From: a virus
Taxonomy: Duplodnaviria > Caudoviricetes
Virus record (IMG/VR): IMGVR_UViG_3300014000_000001
Span: 160,001 to 224,000 of that record
Reading direction: 5' to 3' (one strand)
Length of the DNA: 64,000 bases
Made by a program: the position numbers and the translations under genes. A model generated the notes under the pieces. It had not been told where the DNA came from, did not search any database, and saw nothing but the letters and a program-made list of their open reading frames with translations. Below are positions 10,316 through 20,866 of the stretch, in pieces. Each line of letters starts with the position of its first letter. The stretch's first letter is position 1.

Positions 10316-10537
10316 ATGATTATCGCTTATGGGTTTGCGATTATATCCACAATTTGTTTCTGGTTAAGTATAGTGATGTTAGTGTTACTGGCTAGAGATA
10401 AAGACTGGTTGACTCAGTTTGTTGCAGTATCGTTGTTAATCATTTTATTACCCTTAGTAGTCTTTATAACTTATATTTTAATAACAGGGCAGTATTTTGA
10501 CGTATTACAAGGTCAACTTACTAGTCTTCGATCTTAG
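10316..10537 (+). CDS. Small membrane protein (2 TM helices)
   Basis: 73 aa with two long hydrophobic stretches; GAGGAGG upstream. Confidence 0.65.
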   Translation: MIIAYGFAIISTICFWLSIVMLVLLARDKDWLTQFVAVSLLIILLPLVVFITYILITGQYFDVLQGQLTSLRS

Positions 10538-10548
10538 GAGAATTTATC

Positions 10549-10890
10549 ATGCTTCGTCAACGTATTGTTGATGCGGTGAACATGTATGAGCCAGAAGAGA
10601 ATGATATCAGTGAAATGATTCATCATCTTTCAGTGAATTACGTGAAGACCGTAATCGACCAAATTATTGATCAGCAAGACCCCCCATTGGTAGTTGCTAA
10701 TAATGCAATCTATATCAAGATGTTAGATTCTTATTCTCGTCAGTGGATAAGAGTTGCATATAAGGAAGGGAACCAAGTTAAATGGCATGGAGATATGTTT
10801 CATGATCTTCTCATTGATACAGGGTTAAGTGCGAGAGAGTTTGATCAAGCTCTTGATGACATTATTATTAAGTGGCGTCCGTTATTGTGA
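10549..10890 (+). CDS. Hypothetical early protein
   Basis: 113-aa ORF, AGGAG RBS. Confidence 0.7.
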   Translation: MLRQRIVDAVNMYEPEENDISEMIHHLSVNYVKTVIDQIIDQQDPPLVVANNAIYIKMLDSYSRQWIRVAYKEGNQVKWHGDMFHDLLIDTGLSAREFDQALDDIIIKWRPLL

Positions 10891-10896
10891 TAATAA

Positions 10897-10920
10897 ATGA
10901 GGTGGGATTACCCACCTCAT
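10897..10920 (+). terminator. Hairpin, probable terminator
   Basis: atgaggtggg-atta-cccacctcat, then ccttatg. Confidence 0.65.
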
Positions 10921-10963
10921 CCTTATGCTGGTGTTTGAATAAGCTGCTATTAGATTGAAGTTT

Positions 10964-10988
10964 ATTTGAATATACATTATCTAAATGA
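10964..10988 (+). promoter_or_regulatory. Putative early promoter, copy 3 (upstream of nvRNAP subunit operon)
   Basis: atttgaATATACATTATCTAAaTGA; early expression of non-virion RNAP genes is expected in phiKZ-like phages. Confidence 0.7.
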
Positions 10989-11012
10989 CGGATAACGAAA
11001 AGGTGTCGTCTA

Positions 11013-12230
11013 ATGCATCGTGGAAGAAAGCAGTTAGGGTTTAAACTTCCGAAGGAATTAGGTAGTGGTACAATCAATCCTATTCCAGTAAAGGAACATC
11101 CTAACACACTGAATAAAATAACACTCTCTTCAGCGTCAACGATAGAGTGCTATAATTATACAGGTCACGTGATTAGAACGTATGATCACATGGGAGTATG
11201 TTTAACTCACGCCCCCATAACAACATCACCTGAAATACCAGAGTTCGTTGGATGTTTTGTTATTAAGAAGCAACTTGAAATTAATGATAAAACTCAAGCA
11301 TATCAGACTTCGTGGTATCAGGAGGATTCCAAATACTTTCAAACTGGGAATCCCACGGATGAATATTCAAAAACGGTAACAGAAATTATTAATCGTTATC
11401 GTGGTTTATCACGACGAATCGCAGGACATTACTTTAAACTTTCTTATACTGAACTCAATGAAAATGAAGGCAGTATATATGTTAGAGCTGTAGATTTAGT
11501 TGTGGTAGATGATACGAATAAGAATTCGATCATTCACCCAAACTCTAAGCAGTATATGGACATTATGATTGATCGACTCTATGATGCTAATCACACCTAC
11601 ACTATTGAAATCAATGACCCCAATGGATCAGGAGAACCTTATTATGTTAACTTAAATGGAAAGGTATTTGCAATTCAACCCACAATGAATGATTATGTGG
11701 GCGATGGTGCACGTATTGTTTATAAACCACCAAATGAACCTTCACAAACAATTGCTGTTTCATCGATGGATGAAAATGAGTTAAAAAATATTGGTATATT
11801 TAAGAATTACAGCGATGCCGATAACTATGGGAAGCAATACGATCTTAAGCTTGCAGAACTTGAAAGAGAAACTCAATTGGGTAAAGCAGAGCTTGCGAAG
11901 AACACAGTGGATAATAAAACACAGCTTGATAATTTAGAAACCACTCATAAGCTGACTAAGATCCTAGCAGATATGCAAGCGTTAAATCAGCAGGCAGAAA
12001 ATGATAGAATCAAATCAGAGAATGAGAAAGCTAAACATGCGCGTGAATTAGAGAAGCTGGAAAGAGATCTTATTATTCAACAGGAAAACCATCGTCGAGA
12101 AATCGAGAATATGCGAATGAAAGACTATTATGACCATCGATCTCATGAGAGAAAAGATAGTTCGGAAATGGTTAAATTTCTTCCAGTGTTAGTAGGTGCG
12201 GGAATTGCTGCATTTGCTTTATTGAAATAG
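11013..12230 (+). CDS. phiKZ gp122-like protein with C-terminal coiled coil and hydrophobic tail
   Basis: 405 aa; charged heptads ending DYYDHRSHERKDSSEMVKFLP followed by a TM-like segment; directly precedes the RNAP subunit as in phiKZ (recall). Confidence 0.6.
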   Translation: MHRGRKQLGFKLPKELGSGTINPIPVKEHPNTLNKITLSSASTIECYNYTGHVIRTYDHMGVCLTHAPITTSPEIPEFVGCFVIKKQLEINDKTQAYQTSWYQEDSKYFQTGNPTDEYSKTVTEIINRYRGLSRRIAGHYFKLSYTELNENEGSIYVRAVDLVVVDDTNKNSIIHPNSKQYMDIMIDRLYDANHTYTIEINDPNGSGEPYYVNLNGKVFAIQPTMNDYVGDGARIVYKPPNEPSQTIAVSSMDENELKNIGIFKNYSDADNYGKQYDLKLAELERETQLGKAELAKNTVDNKTQLDNLETTHKLTKILADMQALNQQAENDRIKSENEKAKHARELEKLERDLIIQQENHRREIENMRMKDYYDHRSHERKDSSEMVKFLPVLVGAGIAAFALLK

Positions 12231-12241
12231 AGGTTTAAAAC

Positions 12242-13876
12242 ATGCGTAACATCGTAAACAAAATCCATGAAACAACTATCCGTTTTAATCCGAGATTTGC
12301 AGGTGGTTATGCAAAGCTTGAAATTGAAAAGGGTGTGAAGTATGTTGATAGCATTTTACAATGCGCTAACCAGTCTTTCCCTGAAGGGTTAGTCTACGAA
12401 AGTCCGAAAATCTGTACTGCGGAACAAACATTCAATGTCTTCATGGATCGTGCCAAGAAGAACGACCGTAAATTCGTTTACGATCATGCGCGAACAAATG
12501 TATTCTTGGTACAATTGAATTTCTCATATAAGGGTACCCCACTCCAGCTGTATCAGTATCTGCCTTTCACTAACGATGCAGCTATGATGATCATTCGTGA
12601 TAAAGCATTCTACATCAAACCAGTTGTGGCTGATCCACTGATTTCAGTTTCTGGGGATGGATTATTCTTACCGCTTAACCAAACCAAGATGACAACGCGA
12701 CCACGTTCCCATTATGTATATAAGGATGATATCTTAACGCAAATCAAAATTCTTGATACGACTATTCATCATTCTTTACGTGATGTGCAGCGTAAGGATA
12801 ATAAAGAAGCCAAGATGCGTATCACCACTAATGCGCATTATCTTTTCTGTAAAGAAGGGTATAAGGAGACATTCTTAAAGTATTTCAATGCCACAGTACA
12901 AGCTGGGTATAAGGATACTATTAATTACAAGAACTATCCTAAGGAAGATTGGATCATCTATTCATCTATGGAGGATCGAAGATTCCTACAATTAACAGGT
13001 GAGCCTGAATGGAAACCACATAACGTTCTATTGGCGGTTAAGCGTAAAGATGTGGATAAATCAGTTGAGTCTATTGTTGGTGCATTCTTTTATATTCTAG
13101 ATTTGCTCCCAGATATTGAAGACATCAATTACCTTGATGATACTGCGTGGTGGACAGTATTGATGGGTAAAATCATTTTAGGTATTGAGGAAGATCACCG
13201 TACCTTAATGAAAAAGATGGGTATGCACTTTAGAGCAATCGATACCTATATTGATCCAATGGCGATTAACCTAATGCGTGACAATGATATTTATATCACT
13301 GACATGTATGATTATCTTGTGTGGTTGGTTGATAACTTTGATGAATACATGAACCGTCCAGAAACAGCACCGTCGTCAATGTATGGAAAATACTTGATGG
13401 TAAACCGTTATATCTTCCAAGGTATTCGTGAAGCGATCTTCCGTGCGGTTTACGAGCTTCGTCAGAAAAAGCCTGAGAAACTTACAGCTAAAATTATTTA
13501 CACAGTATTAAGTGGTAAGCTCAAACCTGATCTTATCACTAAGATCAATAACAACTTCCCAAATGTTTCAGCAGTAATTTCATCATCTGATTCTAAACTG
13601 CTTAAAATGGGAATCGAGATTGTCCCGCAGGATAACATGCGGCAAGCCAAACAGGAGAAACAACCTAAAATGCTGCAAAATCCAAAATGGCAATTTGATC
13701 CATCTTTTATCGATGTTGGTGGTTTCTCGTCAATGAGTAAGAACGAACCTATCGGTAAAGATATTGGTAACCCAGCAATGAATGTGGGGATTAATGGTCA
13801 ACTCCACCAGCAAGAAGAACTTAAAGAAGTTCTTGCTGAAGTTGAACGTAATACTCGACGAATTGAAAATCACTAA
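12242..13876 (+). CDS. Non-virion RNA polymerase beta-type subunit (phiKZ gp123-like)
   Basis: 544 aa; FNPRFAGG, YQYLPF, IKPVVADPLISV, HYLFCKEG, SSMYGKYLMV and KNEPIG..NP motifs; size and position match phiKZ gp123. Confidence 0.82.
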   Translation: MRNIVNKIHETTIRFNPRFAGGYAKLEIEKGVKYVDSILQCANQSFPEGLVYESPKICTAEQTFNVFMDRAKKNDRKFVYDHARTNVFLVQLNFSYKGTPLQLYQYLPFTNDAAMMIIRDKAFYIKPVVADPLISVSGDGLFLPLNQTKMTTRPRSHYVYKDDILTQIKILDTTIHHSLRDVQRKDNKEAKMRITTNAHYLFCKEGYKETFLKYFNATVQAGYKDTINYKNYPKEDWIIYSSMEDRRFLQLTGEPEWKPHNVLLAVKRKDVDKSVESIVGAFFYILDLLPDIEDINYLDDTAWWTVLMGKIILGIEEDHRTLMKKMGMHFRAIDTYIDPMAINLMRDNDIYITDMYDYLVWLVDNFDEYMNRPETAPSSMYGKYLMVNRYIFQGIREAIFRAVYELRQKKPEKLTAKIIYTVLSGKLKPDLITKINNNFPNVSAVISSSDSKLLKMGIEIVPQDNMRQAKQEKQPKMLQNPKWQFDPSFIDVGGFSSMSKNEPIGKDIGNPAMNVGINGQLHQQEELKEVLAEVERNTRRIENH

Positions 13877-13897
13877 TTAACACAGAGGTAAATAATC

Positions 13898-15598
13898 ATG
13901 GCAATGTTTTATCCAGAAGACTTCCCACCAGCTTTCGATAGAGATTATCACAATGATGTGATGTGGATCATCGATGAGCTTGATAAAGCGATTAACGAAT
14001 TGAGTCACCGCTTTGGCGATCCTTTCAGAATTATTGCCGATAATATAGACCAGCATGTGAGAACTATCACAGACACAGCTGCAGGTATCTTTGATCGAGA
14101 GGTACGAGCTCGTCGTAACCCAAATGATTTTATTGGCCCTATGGTGGATGCTATCTTTGTTGAAATTGCATCAGAGTATTGCAAACGTGATTCACGTTTA
14201 GGTAGTCAAGCGGTCTATGATTTTCTAGATGACCAGTATCGTCGTAATTCATTTCTTGCGAACTCGTCCAATAATCCTAACCGTCGCGATGATTATCGTC
14301 GCAATGAAAATGGTCGTCGTGATGATCGTCGTGATAGTAACCGTTATGGTGGTAATGCTCGTCCAACAAAGCAACGTCAACGGGAATATCGTCAGCGTGA
14401 TGAACGTGATAACTCTCGTTATGGTAATCAACAATCTAGCGGTAATTTCCAAGGACGTCGCTTATCTGATCGTAAGGAGGCACCACCAGTGAATCGTGAT
14501 GAAACACAACAACAGGAACGTAAACCTACTTTACGTGATGGAGATGTAATCACCTCAAGCAATATCTTAGATACAGGTATCACTATCGCACCAGTGTATA
14601 TTATTGGAGAGGAACAAACTGTTCTTCGTAATAACTTATTGGTTAACGAAGCATACACTGGGAGAGAAGCTGTGGATTATGATAAACATCGGGTGGACTT
14701 ATTGTTCCCGAATATCTTTGGTATGTCCAATGATAAAACAGGTAGTCCAAACACCAGCATTGCAATTAGCGCTGCTGACAAAGCGATGGATAATAAAATT
14801 CGATCGTTTGTAGCTGGTGAAGTCGAGGGGTCTTATCAATCTACACCAATATTTAAAGAGACTGGTTCGTTTAAATACGATGTGTTGGTGGAGCAAAGTC
14901 TTCCCAAGCTAGATGTTGTTGAGGTGCGTGATCAACTTATCGAACAACACGCTGGTAATTATGAGTGGTTTGTGAAAAACTCTATGATTGTGAATTTAAA
15001 CCAGTATGTTGATTTAGGTAAAGACAACGATACAGCAATCGCAACGAGTGCTTTGATTACAGCAACCAACTATGAAGATATGGTTAAGCGCATGATCTCA
15101 TTGAGTAATGTATTGGATTCAGCTCGTTGGCGTTGGTTCCATGATTACATCACCCATAAAGTAAATACTATTTTAGTGTTACATGCGGGTATCAATGTTC
15201 ATATCTCTTCAATCATTGCAGATTGGGCAACGCTCAATGAATACGTACACACCAAAGTGGATAAAGCTAAACTGACGTTGTTTGTTATGTGGTTCTCTGC
15301 GATCTTTAAAGATTTAAAAATCGAAAAGAAAGAAGAGAATAACTATCTGACAGTTAAACATACTTTAGTGTATTTGCCTTTAACGAGTTATGAATGTGAA
15401 TTAGCCTCAGCTTCTTTTAAATCAACTGGTGTGGCCTCCATCTCTGCTGACTCAGCTTTGTACCGTTTAGTCTCTCGTGTCTTTAACGATGATATTTACG
15501 GTACGCTTAGTTTTGTAATGTTGGATGGTGTACGTTTTGAAGTGAATCCTAACGACACAACAGCGTCTCCAGAGTACAACATTGTATTGACACCATAA
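13898..15598 (+). CDS. Hypothetical protein with R/D/N/Q-rich disordered region
   Basis: 566-aa ORF, AGAGGT RBS, co-oriented after the RNAP subunit. Confidence 0.75.
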   Translation: MAMFYPEDFPPAFDRDYHNDVMWIIDELDKAINELSHRFGDPFRIIADNIDQHVRTITDTAAGIFDREVRARRNPNDFIGPMVDAIFVEIASEYCKRDSRLGSQAVYDFLDDQYRRNSFLANSSNNPNRRDDYRRNENGRRDDRRDSNRYGGNARPTKQRQREYRQRDERDNSRYGNQQSSGNFQGRRLSDRKEAPPVNRDETQQQERKPTLRDGDVITSSNILDTGITIAPVYIIGEEQTVLRNNLLVNEAYTGREAVDYDKHRVDLLFPNIFGMSNDKTGSPNTSIAISAADKAMDNKIRSFVAGEVEGSYQSTPIFKETGSFKYDVLVEQSLPKLDVVEVRDQLIEQHAGNYEWFVKNSMIVNLNQYVDLGKDNDTAIATSALITATNYEDMVKRMISLSNVLDSARWRWFHDYITHKVNTILVLHAGINVHISSIIADWATLNEYVHTKVDKAKLTLFVMWFSAIFKDLKIEKKEENNYLTVKHTLVYLPLTSYECELASASFKSTGVASISADSALYRLVSRVFNDDIYGTLSFVMLDGVRFEVNPNDTTASPEYNIVLTP

Positions 15599-15601
15599 AT
15601 A

Positions 15602-15646
15602 AAGATCTCCCTGCCTCGGCAGGGAGATCTTATTATTCTTTTTTTG
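15602..15646. terminator. Bidirectional terminator between convergent genes
   Basis: aagatctccctgcc-tc-ggcagggagatctt with downstream T run and upstream A-rich flank. Confidence 0.8.
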
Positions 15647-18373
15647 TTAAGCGAACGGATCATCTCCGCCGCCAGCGTCATCACCTCCACCGTCGGTTGT
15701 ACCATCACCAGTACCACCATCATTAGCGAACGGATCACTACCTCCAGCATCAGTATCGGTATTATCGTCACTTGTAGTGTTTTGATCACCACCATCTGAA
15801 CTAAAGTCAGACCCACCACCACTACTAGATGAACCATCCAAGCCTTGAGCGTCTTTAACCTTCTGCACTTCATCATTGGCTTTCTGAATGATTTGAGAAG
15901 TTAAAACATCATGCTTTTTCAATACATCAATAATAAAGGATTGGGTAGATTCGATACGTTCCATCACATTATCAACTTCTTCACGATCACCGTTAAACAA
16001 GCTATTAATGAAACCTTCTTTAAACATGTTATTGTTTGCCATCCAATCACGCATGATAAGTGCTTTGATTTTCCGACGTAATGCTTCAAGCACAGCTTCT
16101 AGGTTTTCACCTACATCTGCACCGTCTAGCGCATCTTCACCAATAGTATATTTAAGTACCGCATCAACTAACTTTTCTTGAGCTTGAATTGCACCATCTA
16201 GTAACTCTACTTTCACCATGTCTGGTTTAGGTAAAGCGACTTCGATAGATTTAATAAACTCACGAACAATCGTAGTGGTTTTAACTCCTTTAATCTCAGG
16301 AATATCAGCACGTGCTTTATCAATTGCCTGAATCATCCATTTAAGCACTACTGGAGCGTTTAAGATGTAGTTCTTGATGAACTTACCGATGAACTTGGTT
16401 AAGATCTTTTGGTCCGCAATTGCACGACGTGCCGCTTGTAAGTTAGATTGGAAGTAAGAAGAAGCAAACTCAACATTACGTGCCATGTCAACAACCTCAG
16501 GTGTAGAACCCAAAGCTTGGATTAATAACGCTTCATTCTTTTCCACTACCTCAGGATCAGGTGCTGTACGTTCACGATCTAAATGTTCAATTGCAACTTG
16601 AGTACTTGGAAATTGAGGATGTTGGTCAAACTCCCACTGATATCCTGCAGTTCCTAAGAAATCAACTTGTGTGTTAACATCGGTGTTCATTAAACGCGAA
16701 GCATTTAAGGTACTGTATCGTGCAAGATTACCCGCAACTCCTTCAACTACTTTATTAAAGTCAATCTCATCATCATCGAAAGTCAATCGAATCTTTTTGT
16801 AATCGATAGTATTATTCACCGCAGACAGTGTGTTTGCTAATGTTAGAATACTGTTTAGTACCCCAATGTTTTTATGTTTGATAATTAATGACTGACCATT
16901 ACCCTGGTCATCGTAATCAAAAGCAACATAAGTTAACAAAGTAGCAGGAACATAAACCATCTGAGTTTGTTTATTGGATAACAGTCGAGTAAACATAATA
17001 TCCATCAGTTGGTTCTTTTTAGAAATCGTAAGGTCACGATCTTTGAAGTAACCACTGTTTAATAAACTCTTGATTTTCCTATCCATGAGTTTAGTAAATA
17101 ATGCAGTCTTATCAGATAAGCGTCGTCCTGCCAAGTTATTACTTGCGTAACCTGAATAACCTAATTCAAGATTCCCTTGAGCAAAGTTAGTTTGTCCTGC
17201 CATTGCTGAATTAGTTGCGTCATTACCATAGACACCAGAATACGTTGGCATATACATACCAAGCTCATCATCGATGGAGACTGAATTCCCTGACATATCC
17301 ATAACAAGGAAATAACCTTCATGCTTATCTGGACTACCTGGTTGATGAGCAACGAACATTGCTTCGTGGGCAACGTGCTTAAAAAGAGGAAGGTCATCAG
17401 ATTCAACATCATCTACAGGTTCTAGTGTGATTACATCATCCATCGAATAAGCGCGAGCACGATCTAAAGATGAATCAATTAATGCATCTGTTAAACCTTC
17501 TTGTTTTAACCCTTCGATTTCTTTAGATGGATCGTATTCAGAGAAACTATCCAAACCATCTAAAGAATCATGCGCTTGTTCCATCTTGATAAGTTTGTTA
17601 CGGATTTCCCCTAAACGCACAATATTAAGATCAGAATGAATCATAATACTGGAAGTGTTTGGAAACTTCTCATCGGTGAAGTCTGATGTCTTGAATCCAA
17701 TATCTTCAAGCTTGATTTGAAAATGTTCTGCTTCTACTCCACGGCTTTCGAATTTTAATCTCTTATTTGTCGATAGGTTTTCAAAGAAAGATTCGAGTTT
17801 GACTAATTTCTCTTTATTACCTAAACGATCATCATTGCTAGAGTGATCGATATAATGTTTTATATTTCCCATTGGGACAACAAGCATGGCATAGCTACCA
17901 ACATCATATTTGGCATCACGTAAAACTGTAGGCAAGATTTCTTCAAGTTCGACATATTCATTCATCACGAATTCGATTTTTTGAAGGAGCTTAGATTTTA
18001 ACGTACCCAATTTATCATATGAGCTTTTGTATTGCAGACTACTGTCCAGCGTGTTGTTAGGGGATAGCGTACCATTAACTACAATATCAATTGCTAGTTG
18101 TGCGTTGGGATTCATCGCTAAGATATTACGAATATCTCGGCGATCACTAATGGTTTTATAAAGGTTGGCATCCAGTGCTCCTTGTTGAGGGATAGGATGA
18201 CCATTGGTGGATTGTTGTCCTGAAGACATCACTTGAACAGAAGGGCGCACATAATGACGTAATAAGTCATCAAGATTACCCCCAGCGATAACCTGAGGTC
18301 TTAGCTTCGTTGAAGCTGTGCCATCATCTCGGGTTTGCCCCTGTGTAAATGAGTTCTTAAATGCTTGCGTCAT
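15647..18373 (-). CDS. Portal protein (phiKZ gp129-like)
   Basis: 908 aa; GTLSPNN, GSYAMLVVP, HQPGSPDKHEGYF, YVAFDYDDQGNGQSL and GSTPEVVD..VEFA motifs, acidic G/D-rich tail; divergent from gp128-like gene; GGAG RBS. Confidence 0.8.
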   Translation of the reverse strand: MTQAFKNSFTQGQTRDDGTASTKLRPQVIAGGNLDDLLRHYVRPSVQVMSSGQQSTNGHPIPQQGALDANLYKTISDRRDIRNILAMNPNAQLAIDIVVNGTLSPNNTLDSSLQYKSSYDKLGTLKSKLLQKIEFVMNEYVELEEILPTVLRDAKYDVGSYAMLVVPMGNIKHYIDHSSNDDRLGNKEKLVKLESFFENLSTNKRLKFESRGVEAEHFQIKLEDIGFKTSDFTDEKFPNTSSIMIHSDLNIVRLGEIRNKLIKMEQAHDSLDGLDSFSEYDPSKEIEGLKQEGLTDALIDSSLDRARAYSMDDVITLEPVDDVESDDLPLFKHVAHEAMFVAHQPGSPDKHEGYFLVMDMSGNSVSIDDELGMYMPTYSGVYGNDATNSAMAGQTNFAQGNLELGYSGYASNNLAGRRLSDKTALFTKLMDRKIKSLLNSGYFKDRDLTISKKNQLMDIMFTRLLSNKQTQMVYVPATLLTYVAFDYDDQGNGQSLIIKHKNIGVLNSILTLANTLSAVNNTIDYKKIRLTFDDDEIDFNKVVEGVAGNLARYSTLNASRLMNTDVNTQVDFLGTAGYQWEFDQHPQFPSTQVAIEHLDRERTAPDPEVVEKNEALLIQALGSTPEVVDMARNVEFASSYFQSNLQAARRAIADQKILTKFIGKFIKNYILNAPVVLKWMIQAIDKARADIPEIKGVKTTTIVREFIKSIEVALPKPDMVKVELLDGAIQAQEKLVDAVLKYTIGEDALDGADVGENLEAVLEALRRKIKALIMRDWMANNNMFKEGFINSLFNGDREEVDNVMERIESTQSFIIDVLKKHDVLTSQIIQKANDEVQKVKDAQGLDGSSSSGGGSDFSSDGGDQNTTSDDNTDTDAGGSDPFANDGGTGDGTTDGGGDDAGGGDDPFA

Positions 18374-18413
18374 TTATTGCTCCAATACTTTTTAACTTTG
18401 GAATTCAAAAATC

Positions 18414-20864
18414 ATGAGTGATACGTTATATAAAATATTTCGTTCTAAGTGCTTTGCTTTAGCGTACACGACCGTCATTCATAGCACCTTAGAAGCTAAA
18501 GCGCAGAATGTCTTTCTTGAACAGAAAGGATTTACAATCAATCATAATAATCCAAGCACTTGGAAGTACTATTTAAATTTAACTGGAGAGTACCACGACT
18601 ACGATAAAGCATTGATTGGGGAGCTAAATGGGGATGGTCATCCTTATATGCGTATTAAGGTTGCGGGAGATAATCGTCCAATTGAAGTTAATTTCACTAA
18701 GGAATTATTAACAGGGCAAGCGGGGGATTATTCCCTCGCAGCGGAATATAGTTATGGTTCTGATTACTATAATGAATTAGTTGCACGTTATCCCGCTTGT
18801 GAGAGTTTGATTCTAGGGATTTTAAATCCAATTGATATTACAACTGCACTATCTGCAGGCAATGGTGATATTCTTTATTGTGGTGGTTATTATCGTAAAC
18901 GTATTTCCCACATCATGAAGGAAGTCTATGGGTTTGAAAAACGTGAAGATGTAACGATTGATGCAGAATTCTTAATTGAAGATTGGGAGCATGAATTAAT
19001 ATACAGCTTACAAACGTATATCCAACTTTACTTAAAGCGTTGGGAAATTGAAGACTTCACAGCTAACCATTCTTATTACCCTGCTGCGATTCGTATCGGG
19101 TTAATCGCTGGAATGATTCCAATGATTGAGAAAACCCGTTTAAAGTTTGTAAAGTCTTATGCCGCACATTCTTACCATGTTCGTGAATTTATCAATGCGT
19201 ATGGTTATTTGGGTGATTATGTTGATGCTTTAACCCGCGAACAAGCAATGTATCTTTACCATAACATCGATTGGTTGGTGACCAATAAAGGTAAAGAAAA
19301 AGTATTAAAAGCATTGATTGATAATCTGCTCACTCCTTCCAATATCCCTCTACTTGCGTATAACATGGGGCACGATAACTGGGATATGCAGATTCGCAAT
19401 AGCATTAATCCTAGCATTGAATTTAAGAAAGAATACTTAAACCTTGATCCATTGACTAATGATGTGGGTACAGCTACTAGCGTTATTGTTGAGAAAGAAG
19501 AAACCCTTGCTCGGGATAATGGTTTATTTGTAGATGAGCAAGTTGAACACATTGAGAATTTAGCTAAGTATTCTAATTTCAATAGTTTGAAAACTAAAGT
19601 ATTGGAATCCAACTATACCGAATGGGATATGAATGTCTTCTTTAACCTAGATGAGTTTCAATTCCATAACTGGATATATGCAGCCTCGCAAGGCCTGTAT
19701 CAGGGTTCTATCTTTGTCACACATCCTGTAAGTGGAGGGCGATTACAACTCACCCCTAGAACTTCTTTAGTATTGTTCTTATACGCGTTTACTAAAGGGT
19801 ATTATGGTTATACCTTGGAGGAGTGTCCTGAACTTATTATCCGCAATATTCCTAAAGATAGAAACTTTAATCGTGACTATCTAGAACCTTATCCAGATAA
19901 CACTGAATTGTGGCGTAATGTTACCTCTGACCAAATAGATCAAACTAAGATCGATAGTATTGCAGCTTTCCCAATACCTGTACATCGCTATACATCATCA
20001 ACTGACTTTTATTCTAAGACATCAAATATGTTTGATATATTGGAGGAGCGAAGAGCCTTGGCTGCAGCTGAATCTGATATCTTTGCAAATGGTGAGTTAG
20101 AGTTAGTGGTGGCGAAGTTCTACCATTTGTTTATTAAAGTTGATCCATTGATTGATGTTGGTTATCCAATATGGCTTGCTCAAATGGGATTGGATATGGA
20201 TGGACTTGATCAGTATGCTTATCAAAGACTTGCAGATGAATTATTAAATGCAGGTTTGGGTATTTCTGATTCTACCAAGAAATCATCTGCACGAATGCAT
20301 AGTGCACTCATGAACATTGTAAAATTCTTCTTAAGTTATACAGTTCAGTTGGTGAGTAAGTTCTCTAAAGCGTCATCAAGAACATACGGCTTAAAAACCA
20401 TCCGCATGACTCCTTATCAGCATGATACTTCCGGACAAACATTTTTAGACATTGGGATAAGAACCATTGTTGAAGCACTGCAAGATCAGAATAGTGAATG
20501 GTGGGCAGTTATCGGTAGTAGTTTTTTAGATGTGGGTGAGACCTACCAACAGGGAATCGCATTCTTTCCAATCATAGATGCGACAATAGATAATGGATAT
20601 GAGAAGACTGTGGAGGTCGAGTACAATCTTTTAGGATTTACCATGATGCCTCCAGACGAATCCAATCCATCCCTCCCATACGCTGATGTGGAGAGTTACA
20701 CCATTGAAGGATTAGTAGGCAGCAAACTCATTGATCAACACGATGTCACTGGACTCAATATGCAGGTATTGTTGAGCGTGGATACCGTATCATTCTTAGA
20801 TACGTTTGGTTTAGATAAAGTATCTGCAGAAGACTTTAATTTCAACATTTCAATTGGATTATAA
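18414..20864 (+). CDS. phiKZ gp128-like virion structural protein (probable baseplate)
   Basis: 816 aa; PSTWKYYLNLTGEYH, LILGILNPID, AHSYHVR, LKTKVLES and FLSYTVQ motifs; head-to-head with portal. Confidence 0.7.
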   Translation: MSDTLYKIFRSKCFALAYTTVIHSTLEAKAQNVFLEQKGFTINHNNPSTWKYYLNLTGEYHDYDKALIGELNGDGHPYMRIKVAGDNRPIEVNFTKELLTGQAGDYSLAAEYSYGSDYYNELVARYPACESLILGILNPIDITTALSAGNGDILYCGGYYRKRISHIMKEVYGFEKREDVTIDAEFLIEDWEHELIYSLQTYIQLYLKRWEIEDFTANHSYYPAAIRIGLIAGMIPMIEKTRLKFVKSYAAHSYHVREFINAYGYLGDYVDALTREQAMYLYHNIDWLVTNKGKEKVLKALIDNLLTPSNIPLLAYNMGHDNWDMQIRNSINPSIEFKKEYLNLDPLTNDVGTATSVIVEKEETLARDNGLFVDEQVEHIENLAKYSNFNSLKTKVLESNYTEWDMNVFFNLDEFQFHNWIYAASQGLYQGSIFVTHPVSGGRLQLTPRTSLVLFLYAFTKGYYGYTLEECPELIIRNIPKDRNFNRDYLEPYPDNTELWRNVTSDQIDQTKIDSIAAFPIPVHRYTSSTDFYSKTSNMFDILEERRALAAAESDIFANGELELVVAKFYHLFIKVDPLIDVGYPIWLAQMGLDMDGLDQYAYQRLADELLNAGLGISDSTKKSSARMHSALMNIVKFFLSYTVQLVSKFSKASSRTYGLKTIRMTPYQHDTSGQTFLDIGIRTIVEALQDQNSEWWAVIGSSFLDVGETYQQGIAFFPIIDATIDNGYEKTVEVEYNLLGFTMMPPDESNPSLPYADVESYTIEGLVGSKLIDQHDVTGLNMQVLLSVDTVSFLDTFGLDKVSAEDFNFNISIGL

Positions 20865-20866
20865 TT

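Noticed and set aside
4277-13876. Intein or intron in helicase or RNAP subunit
   Set aside because: Both ORFs are continuous, of the expected family size, and lack intein or homing endonuclease motifs.
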